Position numbers and translations under genes: made by a program | In this document: positions 53,997-62,371 of the stretch, one piece after another | How the letters are laid out: each line of letters starts with the position of its first letter | Position numbering within the stretch: position 1 is the first letter of the stretch | Notes under the pieces: model-generated | The model's input: only the letters and a program-made list of their open reading frames with translations | The model's database searches: none | Told to the model about the DNA's origin: nothing | Origin: an uncultured Acidimicrobiales bacterium | GTDB lineage: Bacteria > Actinomycetota > Acidimicrobiia > Acidimicrobiales > SHLQ01 | Length of the DNA stretch: 64,000 nucleotides | Direction of reading: 5' to 3' | Assembly (NCBI GenBank): GCA_938015295.1 | Contig: CALLQB010000005.1 | Span: forward strand, 1-64,000

Positions 53997-56900
53997 CTAG
54001 TTGATGACGATGGTGCCGCAGTCGATGTCGCCTTGGCCGGTGCGAATCAGGTAGCTGACCGTGCCAACTGGCGGTAGAGGATCAGTGAACGACAGACCGT
54101 TGGTGCTGGCGAGGAAGCTGCCATTGCGGCGAATCGAGTAACTCGACGCACCGATATCGGTCCAGCTCAGCAGTACGCCAAGCGTCGAACCGGTCGCGGT
54201 GCACGAAGGCGCAGTAACGTTCAACGAACCACAAGCCATATCGCCTTGGCTGGTGCGGATCACATAGTCAACGTTGCCCGGCGGCGGGGTGAAGTCGGTA
54301 AACGACAGACCATTGGTGCTGGCGAGGAAGCTGCCGTTGCGACGGATCGAGTAACTCGATGCGCCAAGATCGGACCAGCTGAGCTGCACCCCGTCGGAGG
54401 TTGAAGCTGCGGTACAGGTTGGGGCAGCCCCCGAGACCGAGCCGCAGGGGACATCGGTGACGGTACCGTTTGCACGGATACGTAGCTCGTAAACGTTCGC
54501 ACCACCGGCAAGTGCCGGATCGGTAAACGAGCTTGTGCCGGTGACCGTCGCGAGGAACTTGCTGTTTCGGCGGAGGATCAAGGCGTCGCCGTTGGCGTTT
54601 TGCCAGGTGACCTTGGCGCCGCCGCCGAGGGCCGTCGCGCTACACGATGGCGCAGTGAAGCTCACCGACCCACAACTTTCGGTGATCTTCACGCCGTCGA
54701 CAAAGGCCCGAACTTCGTAGCTGTAGGTGCCAGCGCCTGGCGCCGCATCGGTGTAGTTCGTCACCGTCGAACTGGCGATGAACCGATCGTTTCGGCGAAC
54801 CGAATACGAACTGACGCCGATGCCATCCCAGTTGAGTTTGACGTCGCTGCCAGCAATGGTTGCTGTGCAATTCATTGCCGGTGTTCCAATGCTCGCGGAG
54901 CCGCACTGGGTGTCGGTGACCACGCCGCCGCTGGAGGTGCGGGCAAGGTAGCTGTAGGTGCCAGCTGTGCCGACGGTGTCGACGAGTGCGCCGTCTGGGC
55001 CGGTGGATGATCCGGCAAACACATCGTTGCGTCGCACGATGACGGTGGTGTCTCGGGCGTTGGTCCAACTGACCTCAACGGTCGTTGGGTTGAGCTTGCG
55101 CACCGTGCATGTCGGAGCGGGGTTCCGCGACCACACCTTGATTTCTGCAACATCAAGTTGTTGGTTGCTCGTCGCGACACGCACGTAGCGACCGTTGACC
55201 ACGTTGCGGAGATGCAGCTGCGACGAACGCTCGCCGACGTACCGGTACTCGGTGACCTCACTTTGCGCACGTGTGGCAGCGAGATCGTCGGATCCGAACG
55301 GCACCTTGCTGACAAAGACACTGATGTCCGCGAAGTTGGTGGAGAAGTTGGTGTTCGGGCCAAATACGTTGAGTCGGTTGATCGGCACGCTTTCGCCGAG
55401 ATCAACATCGACAAACGCAGGCGAACCCGCGGCGGTCGAAAACTTCGACGCAACAGGATCGGTATTTCCGTCGACAACGTTGTTGGCGACATTCCCACCA
55501 ATCGGCGCCGAGCTGCGAACGGTTTTACCAAGGGCGACGTTGATGAAATCACCGTTGTCGAACTCGGCGGCATAACCGGTAAGCGTTTCTTGTACCCGGT
55601 CGTTGTCTTGCCCAAGAAGGAGGCCGCGGTCGGTAATGGTGAGGTCGAGGACGCCCTTGAAGGCATTGGACGTGGGGTTCCAGGTGGGCATGCCTTTGCC
55701 GGTGTAGGGCGAAAGGGCCCCGATCTGCTCGGCTCGGTACACATAACCTGGCGAGACGAGCTCGTCTTGGAACGTGGGGTCGGTAACCGGGTCGGCTTCG
55801 TAGATGTTCCACGGATTCATCGGGTTATCGATACGGCCGGGGTACGCGGAGGGGGCCTTCGGGTGGGGGAGATACCGGAAATGTCCGCCCACGTACACTG
55901 CGTCGTCGTCGATCGCGACGGAAAATACTGAGTCAAACGCTCGAGTCCGCCACGTTGGAGCGGTCGCTCCCGTTGCGAACGTCTCATAGCGATGGATCTG
56001 GTCGCACACCAGCAGGCCGTCGGCTCCAGTGTGAGTCACGACAAAGTACGAACCATCGGGAGAGATTTCCATGTCGGTGACCCGGATGCCCTGATTGTTG
56101 CACCGCTCCATGCCGTAAATCGGCTCGGCGAGATCAGGGGTGGAGGCGACAAAACTTGTGAGTGTTCCTCCGCCGTTGGTGATGTCGATCGTGGCGAGTC
56201 CGGGCCGTGATTGGCCACCGATGAGAAGACCGCGATGAAGCACAACGAGGCGGGTGTTGTCGGGGGTGACATCGACAGTGACCACGCCGCCTTGGCGGTT
56301 CGGCGGTTGCGGAACGCCGTTGATGTCGGGCGGCCAGCTAAGTGGGCGTCCGGCTTCGACGGTGCTGCCGAAGTCGAACGTTGGGTCGATGTCACCAGTT
56401 TCAATGTCGACTCGAAGTAATCCGTTTCGAACCAGTTGCTGCGATTCTTTGAAGCTACCGCCCATGTACAAGTGCCGATCGCTGACGGCCATCGTGGCAA
56501 CCTGCGAGTTGACGTTGGCGATGAATTTCGTCGAGATGGCACCCGTGTTTACGTTGTACATGGCGACGTTCTTGCGGCGCCGTTCGTTGGCGTAGCCGAA
56601 CGAACCGCCGACAAAGATGTTCTTGTCATCGCCTTTCGGCACGAGCGCGAGGACGCTGTCGTCGAGAACGGGTCGGAAGTGGTCGGCAAACTCGCCGGTT
56701 TCGGCGTGGTAGGCGTAGAGGTACGGCTGCGGCACATTGGTGCCGTCCTGCAACAAAACATGGGTGAACGTGCCGCCGACGACGACGTAGTCGCCAACCT
56801 GTTCAATGTCGTAGACCTTGCCGTCTTCAACGATCGGCAGACCTGTGCGAACGTCCTCGGTGACTGTTGCGCCTGCCGGGGTAGGCGCAATGAGAGCGAA

Positions 56901-56999
56901 GCTGCTGATGAACGTAAGCGCAAGCACGGCCACGGCCAGGGCGCGAAAGCCAGCAGAGCATTGTCGACGTGGTGAACGCCGTTCGGAAAGATGCGACAT
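53997..56999 (-). CDS. large secreted protein: N-terminal beta-propeller-like region, F5/8 type C (discoidin)-like domain, five C-terminal Cys-bracketed Ig/FN3-like repeats
   Basis: ORF trimmed to the ATG at 56999 (MSHLSERRSPRRQCSAGFRALAVAVLALTFISSFALIAPTPAGA, signal peptide). Five ~70-80-aa repeats each starting C(T/S)A… and containing S(Y/I)(S/V)(I/V)RRN…CGS; the last two are near-identical. Confidence 0.75.
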   Translation of the reverse strand: MSHLSERRSPRRQCSAGFRALAVAVLALTFISSFALIAPTPAGATVTEDVRTGLPIVEDGKVYDIEQVGDYVVVGGTFTHVLLQDGTNVPQPYLYAYHAETGEFADHFRPVLDDSVLALVPKGDDKNIFVGGSFGYANERRRKNVAMYNVNTGAISTKFIANVNSQVATMAVSDRHLYMGGSFKESQQLVRNGLLRVDIETGDIDPTFDFGSTVEAGRPLSWPPDINGVPQPPNRQGGVVTVDVTPDNTRLVVLHRGLLIGGQSRPGLATIDITNGGGTLTSFVASTPDLAEPIYGMERCNNQGIRVTDMEISPDGSYFVVTHTGADGLLVCDQIHRYETFATGATAPTWRTRAFDSVFSVAIDDDAVYVGGHFRYLPHPKAPSAYPGRIDNPMNPWNIYEADPVTDPTFQDELVSPGYVYRAEQIGALSPYTGKGMPTWNPTSNAFKGVLDLTITDRGLLLGQDNDRVQETLTGYAAEFDNGDFINVALGKTVRSSAPIGGNVANNVVDGNTDPVASKFSTAAGSPAFVDVDLGESVPINRLNVFGPNTNFSTNFADISVFVSKVPFGSDDLAATRAQSEVTEYRYVGERSSQLHLRNVVNGRYVRVATSNQQLDVAEIKVWSRNPAPTCTVRKLNPTTVEVSWTNARDTTVIVRRNDVFAGSSTGPDGALVDTVGTAGTYSYLARTSSGGVVTDTQCGSASIGTPAMNCTATIAGSDVKLNWDGIGVSSYSVRRNDRFIASSTVTNYTDAAPGAGTYSYEVRAFVDGVKITESCGSVSFTAPSCSATALGGGAKVTWQNANGDALILRRNSKFLATVTGTSSFTDPALAGGANVYELRIRANGTVTDVPCGSVSGAAPTCTAASTSDGVQLSWSDLGASSYSIRRNGSFLASTNGLSFTDFTPPPGNVDYVIRTSQGDMACGSLNVTAPSCTATGSTLGVLLSWTDIGASSYSIRRNGSFLASTNGLSFTDPLPPVGTVSYLIRTGQGDIDCGTIVIN
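54000..55109 (-). repeat. five tandem ~204-240-bp coding repeats (Cys-bracketed modules); the last two share long identical DNA stretches
   Basis: DNA near 54105-54150 recurs at 54318-54370 (…gtgctggcgaggaagctgcc(a/g)ttgcg(g/a)cg(a/g)atcgagtaactcga…). Confidence 0.8.
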
Positions 57000-57040
57000 C
57001 TTCGAGTAATCGGCCGTTTTGACCTGCACCTTTACCCCAG

Positions 57041-57088
57041 CGTTGTCCCCCCTTACTCCCGGCGTTGTCTCCCATCGTTGTACCCCCT
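57041..57088. promoter_or_regulatory. three direct repeats of CGTTGT-N-CCCC in the divergent promoter between the secreted-protein gene and the aldehyde dehydrogenase gene
   Basis: gcgttgtcccccc / gcgttgtctccc / tcgttgtaccccc with ~11-22-bp spacing. Confidence 0.45.
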
Positions 57089-57167
57089 GGTTGAGGTTGT
57101 GGTGGCGGGGTCCGTGGCTCGTCGCTTGTGACGGGTCACCGATACGATCCTTCAAGAAGCTCAACAT

Positions 57168-58607
57168 GTGGAGACGATGATGCAGACGAAACTTCTGGTA
57201 GGTGGAACCTGGCGAGAGGGCGCAGATGGCGACAGCTTTGCGGTAATCGACCCGGCAACTGGCGAAGAAATAGCCACCGTCGCGGCTGGAACACCAGCCG
57301 ACGCCACAGCCGCTGTTGACGCTGCCGACGCAGCCCAACAACGTTGGGCCAAGATGCCCCCTCGTGAGCGGGGCGAGATCCTGCGAGCCTGCTGGCAAAC
57401 GCTAATCGATCACACCGATGAACTCGCTGGCCTCATCACCGCCGAACACGGAAAGCCACTCGCTGACGCGAAGGGCGAGATCGCCTACGCCGCCGAATTC
57501 TTCCGGTGGAACTCCGAAGAAGCTGTGCGCATCCACGGCACGATTGGCATGGCACCGTCGGGCAACAACCGGATCATTGTTCGCCACCCACCACTCGGCG
57601 TGATCGTTATCGTCACCCCGTGGAACTTTCCGGCGGCGATGATCACCCGCAAAGTCGCTCCAGCACTTGCCGCCGGAAACGCCGTGGTGATCAAGCCGCC
57701 ACGCGAGACCCCACTCACGGCGCTTCGTATTGCCGAACTCCTCGAAGACGCAGGTGTACCCCCGGGTGTCGTCAACGTTGTTCCTACACTCACCTCAGGC
57801 GAGTGGTTTCATGCGGCAACCGAACACCGGGCTACCCGCATGGTGTCGTTCACCGGGTCGACCGAGGTTGGTCGGGTGCTCCTTCGTCGCGCCGCCGATC
57901 GTGTCTTGCGAACCGGCATGGAACTTGGCGGAAACGCACCGTTTGTTGTCTTCGCCGATGCCGACATCGACGCAGCGGTTGAAGGAGCGATGGTCGCCAA
58001 GATGCGTCACTCTGCGCAGGTCTGTACAGCTGCCAATCGTTTCTACGTCGAAGCTGGTGCCGAAGCAGAGTTCACCGAAAAGCTCGCTGCAGCGATGGGG
58101 GCAATGAAGGTCGGCAACGGCCTCGATGCCGATGTCACGTGCGGTCCAATGATCAATGCGAAAGCTATCGAAGACATCGATGGCCTTGTGCAGTCGGCGA
58201 TTGGGGCTGGTGCCAGCGCAGTCATTGGCGGTTCCCCGCTCGACCAGCCCGGCTATTTCTATCCGCCGACGGTTCTTGGTGGGGTGTCACCCGACTCACC
58301 GATCACCACCGAGGAGATCTTCGGGCCGGTTGCACCGGTCATTGCCTTTACCGATGCTGAAACGATGCTTTCGCACGCGAACAACACCGAGATGGGCCTC
58401 GCCGCCTACGTCTACAGCTCTGACCTTGCCAAAGCATTGAACATTGGCGAGCGCATCGAGTCGGGCATGGTCGGTATCAACCGTGGCGCGATGTCGGATC
58501 CTGCGGCACCCTTTGGTGGTATGAAGCAGTCGGGTCTCGGCCGCGAGGGCGGCTACGAAGGGATCTATGAGTTCTGTGAAACCCAATACATCGCCGCGAG
58601 CTGGTAA
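57168..58607 (+). CDS. NAD(P)+-dependent aldehyde dehydrogenase, succinate-semialdehyde dehydrogenase-like
   Basis: 479 aa. ALDH motifs (ELGGNAP, catalytic Cys in SAQVCTAANR). High similarity pattern to GabD-type SSADH. Confidence 0.8.
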   Translation: METMMQTKLLVGGTWREGADGDSFAVIDPATGEEIATVAAGTPADATAAVDAADAAQQRWAKMPPRERGEILRACWQTLIDHTDELAGLITAEHGKPLADAKGEIAYAAEFFRWNSEEAVRIHGTIGMAPSGNNRIIVRHPPLGVIVIVTPWNFPAAMITRKVAPALAAGNAVVIKPPRETPLTALRIAELLEDAGVPPGVVNVVPTLTSGEWFHAATEHRATRMVSFTGSTEVGRVLLRRAADRVLRTGMELGGNAPFVVFADADIDAAVEGAMVAKMRHSAQVCTAANRFYVEAGAEAEFTEKLAAAMGAMKVGNGLDADVTCGPMINAKAIEDIDGLVQSAIGAGASAVIGGSPLDQPGYFYPPTVLGGVSPDSPITTEEIFGPVAPVIAFTDAETMLSHANNTEMGLAAYVYSSDLAKALNIGERIESGMVGINRGAMSDPAAPFGGMKQSGLGREGGYEGIYEFCETQYIAASW

Positions 58608-58637
58608 CCCGCCGGCACCGCGAACGGTGACGTCCTA

Positions 58638-59903
58638 GTGGTCGCCCTCAAGCTTCGGCGCTCGCCGAGTCGTCCGGCACTGCTCGGTCTGCCCTGGAAC
58701 CAGCCGCTCGAAGCTTGGCCCGATGCCGACTTTGTTCGGCTGCCGGCCGGAACGCATCGCCACGTCGTGCGCTTTCTTCGCCACGGCGACGAGTACTACG
58801 CGCTGAAGGAACTTCCGCCGAGGCTGGCCGAGCTCGAGTTCACGAATCTCGATCAACTTCGCACCGATGGCTTGCCGGCGGTCACTCTTATCGGCATCGC
58901 GGCTGACCGAGTCGATGATGACGGCGAGCCGCTCGAGTCAGTGTTAATCACGCGACATCTCCGCTACTCCCTGCCGTACCGGACCGTTTTCACTGACCTG
59001 AGCAACGAGGTTCAGCGACGTCAGATGATCGACGCGCTAGCGGTGCTGCTCGTGCGTTTGCACATCGGCGGGTTCTATTGGGGCGACTGTTCGCTCAACA
59101 ACGTCTTGTTTCGTCGAGATGCTGGAGCGCTTCGGGCGTACGTCGTCGACACCGAGACCTCCGAATTTCAGGACAACCTGTCTGACGGGCGACGCGAGCA
59201 CGATCTGGCTATCGCCGCTGAAAATGTCATTGGAGGCCTTTTCGACCTTCAGGCTGCCGGCCGACTCTCCGAGGAGATCGACGCTCTCGACGTTGCTGAA
59301 GCGCTGACCGATCAGTACCGGCTGTTGTTTGCTGACCTCACCGCAGCCGAAGAAGTGCCCGCCAGCGAGTTGGGGCGAATCCAAGAGCGACTCGAACGGT
59401 TGAACGACCTCGGATTCGATACCGAGGAGTATGAGCTTCGAGACGACAATGGCATCGTTCGCTTTCGGCCAACGGTGGTCGAGGAGGGCTATCACAAACG
59501 GGCACTGGCTCGACTTACTGGCATAACGGCGCATGAAAACCAGGCACGCCGGCTTTTGAATGCGTTGCGAGGGTACGGCGCTTGGCTAGCGCAGACCGAA
59601 GGCGAGGCCTTGCCCGAAGCGGTTATGGGGTACCGGTGGCTTACCGAACGTTGGCACCCTGCCCTCAACGCCATCCCGCCTCATCTTCGCTCGCGGCTTG
59701 AAGACGCCGAAATCTACCATCAGCTACTCGAACACAACTGGTACCTCAGCGAGCAGGCAGGCGAAGAGGTCGAGCTTGCCGCGGCCGTCGAAAGCTATAT
59801 CGCGACCGTGCTTGAGTCGGCCGACGACGAACGCAGCGTGTTGCCGATCGAAGACGATGCCAGTGGACAAACCAGCGGCGAACCGTTCGACGAGCCGGTC
59901 TAG
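58638..59903 (+). CDS. hypothetical protein with atypical kinase-like N-terminal half (possibly DUF4032-like)
   Basis: 421 aa. GTG start. Acidic C-terminal tail. No canonical catalytic motifs confirmed. Confidence 0.4.
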   Translation: MVALKLRRSPSRPALLGLPWNQPLEAWPDADFVRLPAGTHRHVVRFLRHGDEYYALKELPPRLAELEFTNLDQLRTDGLPAVTLIGIAADRVDDDGEPLESVLITRHLRYSLPYRTVFTDLSNEVQRRQMIDALAVLLVRLHIGGFYWGDCSLNNVLFRRDAGALRAYVVDTETSEFQDNLSDGRREHDLAIAAENVIGGLFDLQAAGRLSEEIDALDVAEALTDQYRLLFADLTAAEEVPASELGRIQERLERLNDLGFDTEEYELRDDNGIVRFRPTVVEEGYHKRALARLTGITAHENQARRLLNALRGYGAWLAQTEGEALPEAVMGYRWLTERWHPALNAIPPHLRSRLEDAEIYHQLLEHNWYLSEQAGEEVELAAAVESYIATVLESADDERSVLPIEDDASGQTSGEPFDEPV

Positions 59904-60886
59904 CTCCAGAGCGTGACGTGCACGCTGGGTCGAAAGTGGCTGATGTTTGCTGCGGATCCCGAGAGCATGGCCTGTGTTGCACGGGGTGTGGTGATGAATC
60001 GCATCAGCTCGAGTGCCACCGCCGAAGACTGAACCGGTGCCAGGCTGCTGGCCGTCCAGAGGCTGCTGGCCGACGCTCCGACAACGTTGAGACGATGCAG
60101 CATCCCCGATGAAATGTCGCCTTGCACCCGAAACTCCGGGACCACGGCAATGCCACCGCCTGTGTGGGCTTCGGCTATCGCTGCCGCATGACTTTGAAAG
60201 ACCTGCTGGTGCGATTCGGGGACCTTAAACCGCCTCAGCAGTTGGGCGGTGGCGCCGTTGGGCTCAACCGCAGATGGGCCAAGGAGCCATGGTTGCCGAG
60301 CGATCGAATCGGCTGGAGGGCGAGAGCCAGACAGTTCGTGTTTGGAGGCGACTACCAAAATCAATTGGTACTTGAGGAAGTCGCGGTGGCGGAAACGCTC
60401 GTCAGGCCGGTTGCGGTTTGGCCCAACAGCGACGTCGGCTTGTCGAGAGCTGAGAAGCTCCGCGAAACGGTCGCCCGAGTGCACACTCAGTTCGACCTGG
60501 AGATCGTCGGCCCGTGTTGAAAAAAGTTCGATGAGACCGGGGGCTGCATATTCGGCGAACAGGCTGGTGGTTGCCAACCGCAATACCCGACGTCCCTGGC
60601 TTGCGGCGAGTACCTCTTGGCGGGTTTGGTCCTGCAATCCCAAGAGCTCGACGGCCCTGGTAGCCAGACGTAATCCTCCGGGCGTGAACACCAAACCATT
60701 GGCAGCCCGTTTGTACAGCTGGTCGTCGAGCTCGCGACGCAGCGCTGAGGTGTGCGACGAGATCGCGGCTTCGCTGACACCGAGTTCGGTCGCGGCAGCC
60801 TTGGCTGAACCGTGTCGCACGATGGCGGCGTAAGCGGTCAGCTGAGCTGGTGTCACAGGCCCCAGCGTGGCCGAACAGTTCTTCAT
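59900..60886 (-). CDS. LysR-family transcriptional regulator
   Basis: N-terminal HTH (LTAYAAIVRHGSAKAAATELGVSEAAISSHTSALRREL) plus LysR substrate-binding domain. Start placed at the ATG at 60886. Confidence 0.8.
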   Translation of the reverse strand: MKNCSATLGPVTPAQLTAYAAIVRHGSAKAAATELGVSEAAISSHTSALRRELDDQLYKRAANGLVFTPGGLRLATRAVELLGLQDQTRQEVLAASQGRRVLRLATTSLFAEYAAPGLIELFSTRADDLQVELSVHSGDRFAELLSSRQADVAVGPNRNRPDERFRHRDFLKYQLILVVASKHELSGSRPPADSIARQPWLLGPSAVEPNGATAQLLRRFKVPESHQQVFQSHAAAIAEAHTGGGIAVVPEFRVQGDISSGMLHRLNVVGASASSLWTASSLAPVQSSAVALELMRFITTPRATQAMLSGSAANISHFRPSVHVTLWS

Positions 60887-61008
60887 CGGCAAAGCCCAGC
60901 GCCCCACAAACCCCGAGCGACTTAAGGGATGGCTTAAGTAGCGGTTGACCAACACCTGACGCTTTTCCTATACCTGCCTCAGCCGCATTTCTTCAGGGGG
61001 AGACAACT

Positions 61009-61884
61009 ATGCAGGTACCTGCACCGTTCGAGTATGAACGGGCGACGAGTGTCGAACAAGCCATCGCGCTTCGAGAGCGATTGGGCGAGGAGGCCCGCTT
61101 TATCGCGGGTGGCCACAGCCTGTTGCCAATGATGAAACTTCGCTTGGCCAACCCCGAGTACCTCATCGACATCAATGATTGCACTGAGCTTTTCTACATC
61201 ACTGAGGATGCAGACCAGATTCGTATCGGTGCGATGACCCGTCACCGCGAGCTGCTCGATTCAGCGCTGCTCGCCCAGCACTTCCCGATTTTTCGCGACG
61301 CAGAAAAAGTAATTGCGGACCCCGTGGTGCGGAACCGAGGCACCCTCGGAGGGTCGCTCTGCCAGGCAGATCCGTCGGAAGACCTTTCTGCGGTCTGCGC
61401 GACACTCGATGCGAGCTGCGTGATCAAATCGACCACCGGCGAACGCGTGGTATCGATGCATGATTTCCACGTCGGCCCCTACGAAACCGCGGTCGGCGAC
61501 GCCGAAATGCTCACCGAGATTCGTATCCCGCTCAAACCAAACGGTAGCTCGGCTTACGAAAAGGTCGAGCGGCGAGCCGGTGACTGGGCGGTGGTTTCGG
61601 CTGGCGCTGCGGTTTGGATGGATGGTGCAACCATTGCAGAGGGCCGGGTTGGCCTTGCAGCGGTCGGCGCCAACACCACGTCGATTGGGCCTGTCTCAGA
61701 GATCCTCCGAGGCGCCACGCCGTCTGAGGAGTTATATCAACAAGCCGGTGAGGCGGCGGCCGCCAATTGTTCACCGCAGACCGACCAGCGCGGAACCGCT
61801 GAGTACAAAACCCATCTCGCCATGGAACTCACCAAACGCGCATTGCGCCGTTCGGTGACCCGAGCAAACGGACAGGAGGCCTGA
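61009..61884 (+). CDS. coxM: FAD-binding subunit of a molybdenum hydroxylase (CO dehydrogenase medium subunit-like)
   Basis: 291 aa. FAD-binding_5 pattern (FIAGGHSLLPMMKLRLA…, LGGSLCQADPSED). Confidence 0.85.
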   Translation: MQVPAPFEYERATSVEQAIALRERLGEEARFIAGGHSLLPMMKLRLANPEYLIDINDCTELFYITEDADQIRIGAMTRHRELLDSALLAQHFPIFRDAEKVIADPVVRNRGTLGGSLCQADPSEDLSAVCATLDASCVIKSTTGERVVSMHDFHVGPYETAVGDAEMLTEIRIPLKPNGSSAYEKVERRAGDWAVVSAGAAVWMDGATIAEGRVGLAAVGANTTSIGPVSEILRGATPSEELYQQAGEAAAANCSPQTDQRGTAEYKTHLAMELTKRALRRSVTRANGQEA

Positions 61885-61885
61885 C

Positions 61886-62371
61886 ATGCAGGTAACGATG
61901 ACAGTCAACGGCAACGAGGTCAGCGAGGAGATCGAACCCCGTCACCTCCTTGTGCACTTCATTCGCGATCAACTAGGGCTCACCGGGACTCACTGGGGTT
62001 GCGACACCAGCAACTGCGGCACCTGTGTGGTGCTCATCGACGGTGAACCCACAAAGTCGTGCACGACTTTGGCAGCGATGACCGGTGGCCACGAGGTCAC
62101 CACCGTCGAGGGACTCGAGGTCGACAACGTGCTCGATCCAGTGCAAGAGGGGTTCATGCAGTGTCACGGCCTGCAGTGCGGCTTTTGTACACCCGGCATG
62201 ATGCTCACCGCACGTGCACTTCTCGATAGCAACCCAAACCCAAGCGAAGATGTCATTCGCGAAGCAATCTCGGGGCAGATTTGCCGCTGCACCGGCTATT
62301 CCACCATCGTCCGGTCTATCCAGTGGGCCGCCGAACATGAATCCGCAGTTTCGATCGGGAGCCCCGCATGA
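61886..62371 (+). CDS. coxS: (2Fe-2S)-binding small subunit of a molybdenum hydroxylase
   Basis: 161 aa. Two [2Fe-2S] cysteine clusters (CDTSNCGTC; CGFCTPGM…CRCTGY). Confidence 0.9.
   Translation: MQVTMTVNGNEVSEEIEPRHLLVHFIRDQLGLTGTHWGCDTSNCGTCVVLIDGEPTKSCTTLAAMTGGHEVTTVEGLEVDNVLDPVQEGFMQCHGLQCGFCTPGMMLTARALLDSNPNPSEDVIREAISGQICRCTGYSTIVRSIQWAAEHESAVSIGSPA

Noticed and set aside
57000-57398. N-terminal 133-codon extension of the large secreted protein ORF
   Set aside because: The upstream region has no coding-like composition. A canonical signal peptide starts at the internal ATG at 56999.
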